Below, in pieces: positions 53,871-64,000 of a stretch of DNA of 64,000 nucleotides (positions are counted from its first letter, which is position 1; each line of letters begins with the position of its first letter). This DNA comes from Vicugna vicugna (lineage: Eukaryota). The stretch covers positions 3,575,003 through 3,639,002 of the forward strand of contig MU058065.1 of the NCBI GenBank assembly GCA_013265495.1. The letters are read 5' to 3'. A model generated the notes under the pieces. It did no database searches and was not told the DNA's origin. It saw nothing but the letters and a program-made list of their open reading frames with translations. The position numbers and the translations under genes are program-made.

Positions 53871-54897
53871 TAACCTCTTATTACTATGGTGCCAAGAAAA
53901 TTTTGACACGGCCTAATTCCATCACCTCCATGGCTGCTTGGGTAATATTAGGAAATATCTACATGTTTTTTGACTTGTATTACTCTAAACAAACAGAGCT
54001 TCTAAGTTGGAAGTGCTACCACTGGACACCACTTTCTCCATCTTCCCTCTACCCAGAAATAGAATGTTTGGAGATGTAAGAGGTCCTGCTCATTCAAGAT
54101 GATTTTTCTCCTTTATTTCTAATTCTTTCTTTGAATTCTGTAACATAACTTTTGAGTTTTTCTAATGCTGATTTATGTTTTGGTTGTTTCTGTAATATCT
54201 TCCAACTCATTTTGAAACAGTCCATTACAGTGCTGATCTGGTTTTTGAGCACGTCTTTCTGTCATGCTGCATGTTACCGCCCTTGCGGCACTTTTGTATG
54301 AGATTTGACCTTAATCTTTTCAGTTACTCATTTTTACATGAGTTTGGTTTTCCTGATAAAAACTGAGTTCAGAGAGCTTTCCGTCTTTGCAAAACTCTCC
54401 CTTTGTTTTTCACATGATAAATAACCTGGCAGCTTGTTTTCTGAGCTTTCCTGGCTGTTCTTCCTCTTGGCCCCGCTTTATCGGAACCACCTCTTTCCTT
54501 CATCTCTGTTTCCCCTGTTCTGCTCAGTTTTAATTTTCTTCTGGTAGTTTCTCTTCAGGCTGGACCTCTGTCCCGGATGGTAACCTGGGGGCCAGTTGTG
54601 AGAGTTCACAGGAGCTACGCTGCCTCTGCCTCTTCAGGACTCCTCGGACAGCTCCTTGTTTGCATGACCCCTTCCAGCCGTGGATTTTAAATGGACTCTC
54701 CATATTTCCCAGAGAATATCTGTGTCTACTCTTGTGATATTTTCTTCATCTCACGTTTGCCAGATGCCCTATTGCTTCCCCTTGCTTTCATCCATTCAGA
54801 CAACAGTAACACACAGACCTAGAGGCTGTTGGCAGTTTGGCCCCACCCACTTTTATTTTGGGGTGTAGGACTGTTTTGTTACTTAGTTTCATTTTGC

Positions 54898-55305
54898 TTT
54901 TAATTGAGGTGAGATTCATATAACCTAAAGTTAACCATTTGGAAGTGTACAGTGTCACTTACTACACTCGCCATGTTGGGCGACCATCACCACCAGCTAC
55001 TTCCAAGACATTTGCACCACTGCAGAAGAAAATCCCACAGCCGCTAAGCAATCATTCCCTATTCCCCTTGGGTGCTAGCCTCTGGCAACCACCACTCTGC
55101 TTTCTCTCTATAAACTGACCAGTTTTGGACATTTCATGTGAATGGAATCATGCAATACGTGACCTTTTTTGCCTGGCTTCTTTCAGCTAGCATCGTGTTT
55201 TCAAGGTCCATCTACTTTGTAGCCTGTATCTGTCCCTCATCACTTTTTATGGGTGAGTGATATTCCATTGTATATACGTATCATGATTTGCTTATCCATT
55301 CATTC
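54898..55305 (-). mobile_element. Old LINE-1 3' end (L1MB-like)
   Basis: Typical antisense L1 3' motifs: tttaattgaggtg, ctctggcaaccaccactctgctttc, ggacatttcatgtgaatggaatcat, tattccattgtat. Confidence 0.85.
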
Positions 55306-55919
55306 TTGTCACTGGGTTTTATTGCAAATATCCGTGGGCTTTTGGTTTTGCTTTCTAGTTGCTCTCTTAGTCAGAAAGATCCAAAAACTGCTACTGCCAC
55401 TTAAGCCATCTGCCCAGAATGCTGTGAGGTTTTAAAGTCTCAGAATCCTGGGACGTTAAGTGCCTGAGTCAGACATTACTAAAACTAAGAGGAACAGCAT
55501 CTGGTGTTACATGAAAAGAAAGGTTCACAAAATCCTGCTGAGGTCCTGGTGCTTGCCTTTCCTTTATTCTCTTTGAGGCTGACTGTCAAGCTTTTCTTTG
55601 GATTCCGTAAGTCCGTGTTTTTATTTCCACCACCACCACTTCCATTAATTTTAGCCAGCTCGGGTGGGGTTCTGTCCTTTGCAACCCAGCATGCCATGAC
55701 ACCACCCCTCACCCCAACCTAGCACTTGTGTTTCCTCTATAATTTCACCCTGAGTCCAATTCCCTCTTGGGAAAAGCAGCAGGCATACCCTTCAGCATGT
55801 GAGTCTTCTCCAGTTGCCATGTTCTTTAACAAGCTCCCAAAGTAACAGAGGACTCTGGAAGTATGAACTCATATCCTCTCTTCTCATTTTATATTTGGTC
55901 ATTGCCTCTGCTGCTCCCT

Positions 55920-56320
55920 GGCTTTGATTGGATTCTTTAGATGCCAAACCTGAGACAGGCATTTTTGAGCAACTGATTTACTGAGGCAGTGCTCTCAGGT
56001 GAACACTGGCAGGGAGTACGCGTAGCAGAGTGAGACAGAAGCTGGGCAAAATGTGACATTAGCTGAAGCTTAGCCTCAGTCTGGTATAACCTCTTATTAC
56101 TTGAATGACAACAAGAGTTTTCCCACCTCGAGGGAGGGGGGCAGGCCTTTTGTCTGGGACTCTAAACGACCTGGCATCTTTGGGCAGTGCCTCTCCTCTA
56201 GCTAAGGGTAATAGGAAGGAGAAGGGTTCAGCTGTGAACTATTAGCCCTCATCTCAACCAGGAAATGGGAGCGCCAGTTCAGGAATGAGGATCTGGTGGG
56301 GCACCAGTGCCTGCTACACT
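55920..56320 (-). mobile_element. ERVL LTR (LTR16-like)
   Basis: aacctgagacaggcatttttgagcaactgatttactgaggcagtgctctcagg...ttagcctcagtctg...gagttttcccacctcgaggg...aggaatgaggatctgg. Confidence 0.65.
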
Positions 56321-58555
56321 TTCAATGTGGCTTTACATGTCAAGAATTTTTCTTCCCTATACGTGCTTTCATCTGTGTCTTTAAATTCCATGTGCATATA
56401 ACATATATAAAGCTAAACCTATGTATCTATGTACATATGCATATTCACATATATCTATGTTGTACATTTGTATATTTATAAATACACGCCTTTTAATTTT
56501 AGTGCTTTCCCATTCCATCTTTGGTCTGTTTAGACAAAGTTGGGGTATAGGTGTGTTGTCAGGTACAGGCTTGAAGAAGGAGTGAGGCAGAGATTTGACT
56601 ACTGAGAATAGGGTCTGGGGACTCCAGTAACTTCTACTACGAAGATGCTCTTGTGAGAATAGGTACATTAAGGGCTGGGGGTGGGTGTGGGATGGGGGTC
56701 TTCCCAGGAAGGGTGAGGGGGCTGAGGGATTCCTTAAGAAGGGTTAGCCTTGCTACCCTACCTGTGAGTATGCAATCAAAAGGGGCAGGAAATGGCCATT
56801 TATATGCATAGGTCATGTGTAAGTCAAATTTTATTTAAGAGGCAATTGCTTATTTTGGAAATTTGTGGTCTCTCATATTTTGAGGCTTAAAAAGAAAGAT
56901 ATTCTTTGGGTTGTGGGGTAGGGCAAATATGGAGGCAGTAGGAGCGGTTGAGGGAGGGAGTAATTAATGTCTCAAGGTCAATTTCATCTTTACTATTTGC
57001 GGTTCTGTGGTTTTGCTCTGATTTTGCTTCTTTCTGCAGTACAACTTCTTGCAGAAGTGATGGAGTTATATGGACCCTTTTATGAGAACTTCAAGTCAAT
57101 GAAAGGCACGATTAAAGAAAGGTCTTATGACAGTTTATATTATGTGGTTCAAATGTGTATTTTGAATTTTTGTGGTGAGAAATTATACATATTTGCCTTT
57201 TAAAAGAGATGTTGTGTAGGTGCTGGTGACATCTTGAGGCCCCTTCTGCAAACTGCTCGAATACTTGGATGTATTAATGAATTATCTGTAACTTGCTATG
57301 TGTGGAATCCAATGTTCCCTGTCCAAATGGGCGAAAAAGGAAAAAACAAAAACAAAATTAAAACGGGTAAAGACATGGCTTCTTTCGTTTTCTACTTTTT
57401 AAGAATTGTCAAAACCTCTTTGTTTCTTTTCCCAGTATGGACCCTGCAGGCAGAAGCAGAAGGCAATTTTAGACGTGGGTGATGCATAAGGGGGCCAAAC
57501 GTGGCCGGTCATGACCTACGGCTTCTGCGAGTGAAGAGTTTCTATTTTGGGAGAGCAGTGTTTGTGAAGCTCCCTTATTATCTGCAGGTCTGACAGAGCT
57601 GGGTGTCACCATCGGCCTCTAACCTCATTTTCCTACTGACTTTCTTGAGACAAAACACAAGCAAGGCCCATCCGGCACTACCTTTTTCTCTGCACGTCTG
57701 CATTTCTGTTTCATATTCTGACATGTTTTAAGATATTTTGTTTATATATGTAACACTTCACTGGAGACTGCTAAAATTTTCTAGCTCATTTTGGTGGTTC
57801 GTTTTTTTTTTTTCCATTTGGCCTAGATTCTGATTTTTGAATTTCCACAAAGAACCTTGTTTGAATTATAAGGATCTTGATAAAGACCTTGTCTCTGTCA
57901 TTTCTCCTCCCTTCAGACTTCAGAGCTCCAGCATTTGAACTTTCTGGCTATTGGGTGAGAACTGTCCTCCCTCACAGAGAATCAGCTCATGTTTTTCTTT
58001 AATAGACTTTTAATGTTTGAAGCTGGTTGAAATTATGAGCTTTCATCATTTAGGAAATGTCAACAGCCAAAATATCTTAATTCAGCATGAAATGGAGGTG
58101 GAGTGTACTTTTAAGGGTTCTTGGGAAAAGGTGGCATTGTAAATAAATAAGAGAAATAAATGAGAAGATGGGAAACTCCAGAACCTCAATAGAGGTTTTT
58201 TTTTTTTAAAAAAACATGTGATATGAGATAACTTCTTCTCAAAGAATGAGTCCATTTAGGCAACAGGACAACCCGGTTTCCCACGACCAGAAAACACTAA
58301 GCAATGTTTCTGATCACATGGCTTTATAAATATATTTCACGCCTAAGTGTGTGGGACTGCAATCAGGTGGGTAAAGTTTTCTTAGTTTAAAACTGCCAAA
58401 GCATTAAACTTGTTTTCTCCTGTGGTTTAAGCAGTGTTCTGACACTCTTCCATACTCCCCCTTTGCAAAGTGGATGTGCTCATCTGTAAGGAGTTTGTAG
58501 TTCATGGTAACCAGCTGCTGGGAATGAAAAGTCACAAGTCAGATTCTCTAAGACA

Positions 58556-58925
58556 AAGAATGGTAAATTTTTTTCTGTGAAGGGTCAGAGAATAAACATT
58601 TTAGGTTTTGCAGGCTAACAGCAAAATCAAGGATATTACATAGGTACTCACGTTAACAAGAGAGAAAACATTTTCCACAAATTTTTAATTGGCAAGATTA
58701 AAACTATAATAATCACAAAAATCATTGTGTATAATTTTTGTAATGCAGGTCTACTAATAAGAAGAATGGGATTTTTGGGGAGGGTAACATTGCATTTCAT
58801 TGGGGTTCAAAGTTAGTTGTCCATCATCAAATCATTTGTAAATGTTTGTCTGTAAGAGCCGTTCTTGGCTGTGGGGCGACATGCAAATGGGTGGCAGGTT
58901 GGATTTGACCCTGGGGGCCATCAGC
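58556..58925. mobile_element. hAT-Charlie DNA transposon remnant (MER58-like)
   Basis: aaattttttctgtgaagggtcagagaataaacattttaggttttgcaggc...gggtggcaggttggatttgaccctgggggcca. Confidence 0.75.
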
Positions 58926-59055
58926 TAAGAGAACCATCCTAAGCACCCCTCCCTAAGTGCTGTGTTTGAGTTCATTTCTGCATAATAAATGTAGAGAAAT
59001 ACGTATGTTTAAAAATGTGTATGCATGAAGGAAAAGTAGCAGTTTACCTCCAGAT

Positions 59056-59205
59056 TTTTTTTTTAATTGAAGTATAGTTGATTTACAATGTTGTGTTAGT
59101 TTCTGGTGTACAGCTTGGTGATTCAGTTATATACATATATTCTTTTTCACTATAAGTTATTACAAGCTATTGAATGTAGCTCCCTGTGCTATACCTTAGG
59201 ACCAT
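59056..59205 (-). mobile_element. Short LINE-1 3' terminal fragment
   Basis: ttttttaattgaagtatagttgatttacaatgttgtgttagtttctggtgtacag...tccctgtgctatac, the laurasiatherian L1 3' end. Confidence 0.85.
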
Positions 59206-59479
59206 TTTTGTTTTTTAATTCAAGAAATGTACTCACTGTATTTTTTCCCAGTGATAGATTCTAGCTCCCTCCTTTTCCAGTGAGTGGGTCAGCCCGTTCA
59301 TGCCCTTCTGCCAGGAGTGATCTTTGGTTATAGATAATATTAAGTGCCTTTCTCAATGTTTTCATTTGCCTGTTACATGTCAGGTGGTGGGAATACAGCA
59401 GTAAGGAGGGTCACACTCTTAGGAACTTGCATTTCAGTGGGCAGCTGGACAGCCAACATTCACTAGACGTCTACCAGTG

Positions 59480-59910
59480 AGCCATGACTAAGCTAAACAC
59501 CACTCTCATCATCGTACTTAGTTCTCACAACAACCCCTTGATGTCCTGTTTTTATTCTCATTTTATAAAATCAGAAGTAGAATTTTAGAGTGATGGCTAA
59601 TGATAACTGGGTACTTACTCTGTGTAAGACTTGGGTCTAAGTGCCTTACATAAATTTTCTCATTTAAACCCAACCCTTATGTGGTGGGTACTTTTGTCCT
59701 CATTTTATAGGTGTGAAACCTGAAGCATAAAGAGGTAAGGAGCTGCCCAGCTGGTAAGAGGCAGAGCTGGGATTCAAACGTGGGCAGTCTGCTTTATCAT
59801 CCAGTTAATATTCTGATTTTTAAGTCTTAGATTATGTCACTTGCCCAAGATCACACAGGTAGGCAGTGGCAAAACTGAGATGTGAACTTCAGGAATCTGA
59901 CTCCAGTTAC
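59480..59910 (-). mobile_element. Cluster of MIR SINEs (one apparently nested in another)
   Basis: ctcacaacaaccc...ctcattttata; cattttataggtgtgaaacctgaagcataaagaggtaag...gcagagctgggattcaaac; cacttgcccaagatcacacag...tctgactcca. Confidence 0.75.
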
Positions 59911-60282
59911 TTCCTGTACCTAACGCTCCCATTTTCTGGGTTGTCACTGGGACTGATCCCTGACTCAAGAACATGTTGGTTCCAAGGTAAAGGAAGGAGG
60001 TGGGTCTAGTTCACCAGATGATCAACCCAGGAAGCAGGAACAATGGAGCCCCATTTGTAGTTTCCTGACCAGTAGAGGAGAGGAAGAGCCACACAGGATG
60101 AGTGGGCTCTGTGGGTCCTGAACTTGAGTCAGTGGAGCTTGACTGACTTGCTTATTTTTCTGTTGATCTTGGGTGAGACACTTACCCTCTCTCATCCTCA
60201 ATTACTTTATCTATAAAATACAGCTAATAAAAACTCCCTGGAAGGGAATGTAATGAGCAGTGTTTAAGGCATTCTTGTCTTC

Positions 60283-60594
60283 TTGATGCTTGGTTTTCTA
60301 TGTCAGCTGAGCTAGGCTATGGCAACCAGCAATTTCATCAAACATTAATCGAGGCGTTGGTGTGAAGACGTTTTCTAGAAGGGGTCAACATCTGTAATCA
60401 GTTGACCTTAGATAAAGAAGGCCATCCTTGAGAATGTAGGTGGGCTTCTTCCAATCAGTTGAAAGTCTTAAGAGCAAAAACTGAGGTTTCCTGGAAAGAA
60501 AGGAATTCTGCCTGAAGCTGCATCAAATCCTGCTTGAGTTTCCAGCCTGCGCATCTGCCCTACCAAATAGGTTCTGGAGAATTCTGACTGATAC
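60283..60594 (+). mobile_element. ERVL LTR (MLT2-like), internally deleted
   Basis: tatgtcagctgagctaggctatgg...aatcagttgacctta...ccaatcagttgaaagtcttaagagcaaaaactgaggtttcc...tctggagaattctgactgataca. Confidence 0.8.
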
Positions 60595-61769
60595 ATCCTC
60601 TCTGAGGTACCTCATACATAGTCACTAGATAACTACAGCTATTAATGTCCCAAGGCCAATAGAAAATCTTTAAATCTTGGTGACACAAATGCTTGAAGTA
60701 TCCGTATTTTACTTTCATTTACTGACACATGTCAGGCCTGTAAAATAAAAGCACTCCTACCTTTGAATTTCATTCCAATTACAAAATATATTCACAACAC
60801 AATCTTTTTTTGGTTTTGTTTTGTTTTGTTTTTGTTTTTTGAGCAGAAGGGCTGTGGCAAAAAATACAGATATGCTTCCATCATTATACAGTCTGGCCGA
60901 TGTGCTGATTAAAGGAAAAAGGCATGGTAAATTGAAAGATGTTTTAACTACTATATCTAATTACAAAGAAGAACATGTTACCAAAATTTGAATGTGTTCT
61001 ATAATAAAAAACAAGGGCAATTAACAATCAAACAGGCAACTGCTTTCTTGACAGGCAGATGACACAGAACAGAACTAAAAAAATGCAGAAAGCTTTTGCT
61101 TGACGAGGAAAGCCGAGACGTCCCTTCCAGTTGTGAGGTAAGGTCCCCGAAGCACATGACTTTGTGGTTATAAGACCTGGAGGGACTCAGGAAGCACAGG
61201 AATTGCCACGCTTGGCTCTGTATTACAGCAGCAAGGTCCTATTCATTTTTTAAAATGGAAGAAACATATATTTACAAGTTTTTCAAAATTTTTGATGTCA
61301 TAGATGCCCTATTTCCTTGTAATTTCACTTGGAGATAAACTAGTTTATTTTTTTAAATGCTTATCTTCATATGTCTATTCTTTACTGTATTATCCTTTCA
61401 GTGTTTTGGTTTATGTTCAGAAGTTCATCATCTAGCCTCCTGACTAGCCCACAGGAATTCGTATGGTGGAAGAAGTCAATATCTATAAATTAACATGGAC
61501 GCTAGGGGTGGAAAGTTTGAGAAAAATTAAACGCTTTCTAATAAACCCAACCTTCCTCCTTCAGGCACGTATGTGTGACGTGTTCTCTTTCTCCTGGCCG
61601 CGTAGCTGCTACTTCCTCTGACAATTATTCTTAGCAAGACTGAAGATGGACTAATGGGCTTATTATTGTCAACCAAGGGAACAGATCCTTTACACTCAAT
61701 CTTTGGTCTCTGGGCACAGGGAGTGCATATGACAGCTCTAAGTCAGACATGATTTTCTAGCCTAGAGGC

Positions 61770-61958
61770 CCTGGTTTGCAAACTGTGGCAAGCATAAAGA
61801 CCATCTAAAGAGCTGGTTAAAAATGCAAAACCCCGAGCTGCACCCCCAGAGATTCTGAATCATTGGTTCTGGAGTGAAATTCAGGAACTGTCATTTTTAA
61901 CAAGCACCCTAGGTGACCCAGGGGCAGTTACTTCATGGACCACATTTTAAGAAATACT
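61770..61958. mobile_element. MER5-like hAT MITE
   Basis: ttaaaaatgca...cacccccagagattctgaatcattggttctggagtg...tttttaacaagcaccctaggtga...ggaccacattttaagaaatactg. Confidence 0.8.
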
Positions 61959-62873
61959 GGAGCAGAGTTATCCACATCTCCTTTTTTTTTTTTAAACCTG
62001 AAACCCCTAGTTTTATAACTTATAAGTTATAAAATTACCTACCACTTTAATTTTGTTTTTATGTACACACATTCTGGGTATTGTAAAACATATACAAGAT
62101 GGAAGTTAAACATTTTAGGATTCTCAAGAAGAAACAAATGATGTTTTATGCATTTTGGAGTCTTATTTTATTCATTATTGTATACAGTGTACTCTCTCGC
62201 TCTCACTAGAATATCATTACTATATTTCTTAGTTAATATGAATTATATTTTATTAAGACCAGTGTGATCAAACATGCTCCATTATTTTGAAAATATAGGT
62301 TAAATATATTATGAAACAGTTATTTGAAAATTGTCTCAAGTTCAGTTTATTTTGATCCTTGGTTCAAATAGATTTCATAGTTGGAAAAAAAAAACTTTCA
62401 AAGGTGCATAGATCCAAATGAAAGACATACGTCCACGGCTGGGCTTTCTAAATCATGACACTCATTTTTTAAATTCCATCCTTCAATCATGCAACATTTT
62501 TTTGAAATTTGGCTGATACATTTGTGTATTCTCTGATGTCATTTAGGTTTTTGTTTTTCAAACTAATTAGAATTTGCTAAATTTTTGTATTTTTAACAAG
62601 CTTTTAAAAAATTTTTGAAGCTTCTCATTTGGAAGATTTCAAAACAGGTTAGAAACTTGGCTTCTGGGTTTGAGTGCACAGATCTAAATTTTTATAGTGA
62701 CGTAAGGTTTTTCCTTCCACAAGTCATGTAACAATGAAAATATTTTTAAACTGTTGTTTCAAAATACTTGAAATTCATCATTTGAATTATTCTCTAAAAG
62801 CAATATTGTTTCCCAGTTATTACTGAACTACTACTTTTATTCTGAAGGAATAGATGGAATTTAAATGTGTCTG

Positions 62874-62929
<56 letters not shown>
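62874..62929. repeat. (TCTA)14 tetranucleotide microsatellite
   Basis: Read directly from the sequence; uninterrupted. Confidence 0.95.
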
Positions 62930-63430
62930 GATATAAATACACAGAGCTATATGATACAGATCTGCTAGGTAACATACAACTGAGAACTACTTGTTATCAT
63001 AGAAAATGTTGCCAAATTTGGAACATTTGCACTGTAGTGAAAGAAAAATATGTAGCTCTTTTCTCAGGTTGGGAAACTTTCAAAATACTTTATTAAGGGG
63101 CAATCAGGAAACCTCTCAGGTACCAAATCTTTTCAGGATTACTCTGTCTCGTGAAAAGCACGATGAACATTCTGTTACAGAAAAGTGCCAGTTTTTGGAA
63201 AAGTAGGCACCTCAGTGGCCTCCTCAGGAACTTTGTGCATTTCTGGCTTTCACTTCGTTGCGACAGCTCTGAGTGGGGTAGGGTCTGAGTTTCAAGTGTG
63301 CCGATATCCCTGTAATCTTGGTCCCGAATGATTTGTTTGTGCCAGACAAACATTTTTCTTGTTCATTATCATGCAAGAAACTTTAAAAATGACTTAAAAA
63401 CATTTTCCATTAAGTTTCAGAGAAATTTTG

Positions 63431-63460
63431 GTGCTCGCTTCGGCAGCACATATACTAAAA
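63431..63460 (+). pseudogene. 3'-truncated (tailless) U6 snRNA retropseudogene, U6 nt 1-30
   Basis: GTGCTCGCTTCGGCAGCACATATACTAAAA is the exact U6 5' end. It is flanked by aagtttcagagaaattttg (63412-63430) and aagtttcagagaaattctg (63462-63480). Confidence 0.96.
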
Positions 63461-63880
63461 AAAGTTTCAGAGAAATTCTGTAAAGCCCTGACTGAGTATT
63501 ATTTGGCTTTAAAAGCTGCTGGGGAAAAAAAAAATCACAGTTTGGATTTCATGTTCTTGATGCTTAGATTTTAAATGCCTTGTTAATCATGATAACTGGA
63601 CTCCATCATTAAATAATATCTCAGGGCCTTCATATATACCTTGGGCAAGGTCATCGATCAATATAGTAGATAAAGACCTCATACTTCAGAGTTTTGTTCG
63701 TGTCTAATTTTGCTGGTGGCCCTTTCATCAGATCTAAGTAGACTGTCATTGTTTTTACCGACGTGACTCTAAAGAGCTTGTATTGGAGACAGGAGAATTC
63801 TCAGCTCTGTCTTTTTTTCCTTTATGTTCATTTGTACTTCTGTTATTTGCATTATCTTCAATGCATTTTTTTTGCTAGAC

Positions 63881-64000
63881 TTTTTTTTTTTCATGGGGGG
63901 AGGTAATTAGGTTTATGTATTTATTTTTAATGGAGGTACTGGGGATTGAACCCGGGACCTCATGCTTGCTAAACATGTGCTGTACCACTGAGCTGTATAC
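63881..64000 (-). mobile_element. tRNA-derived SINE (camelid Vic-1-like), cut by the window end
   Basis: Poly-T, ggggggaggtaattaggttta...ggggattgaacccgggacctcatgc...ccactgagctgta. Confidence 0.88.

Noticed and set aside
63431..63460. Functional U6 snRNA gene
   Set aside because: Only 30 of ~107 nt are present, there is no ACAGAGA box or PSE/TATA promoter, and it is flanked by TSDs.

Overview
This is mammalian genomic DNA, most likely from a camelid, judging by three tRNA-derived SINEs that resemble Vic-1. It holds the 3' half of PAX3 on the + strand: the end of intron 5, exon 6 (6668-6833, homeodomain helix 3), exon 7 (7707-7921), an 18.1 kb intron 7, exon 8 (26013-26259, with a PAX3c read-through stop at 26279), exon 9 (from 26754), exon 10 (from 26941), and a 3' UTR with several AATAAA hexamers and two miR-1/206 seed sites. 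The remaining ~35 kb is gene-free and repeat-rich (L1, L2, MIR, MaLR/ERVL LTRs, hAT-Charlie elements). Apart from the PAX3 exons and L1 ORF2 remnants, the ORF track is noise. I found no new multi-gene system. The most interesting signals are small: (1) an apparent T>C change at 27005 that would remove both the PAX3e stop codon and an overlapping AATAAA upstream of the miR-206 sites; (2) a CAGTAG tandem acceptor at exon 10; (3) a recursive-splice-like AG|GTAATG at the skippable exon 8; (4) a 30-nt tailless U6 retrocopy with 19-bp target-site duplications (TSDs); (5) a young L1 in intron 7; (6) a 21-nt copy of sequence from 2.2 kb away; and (7) two perfect palindromes. Comparisons with human PAX3 and repeat subfamily names come from memory and need confirming by alignment or RepeatMasker.
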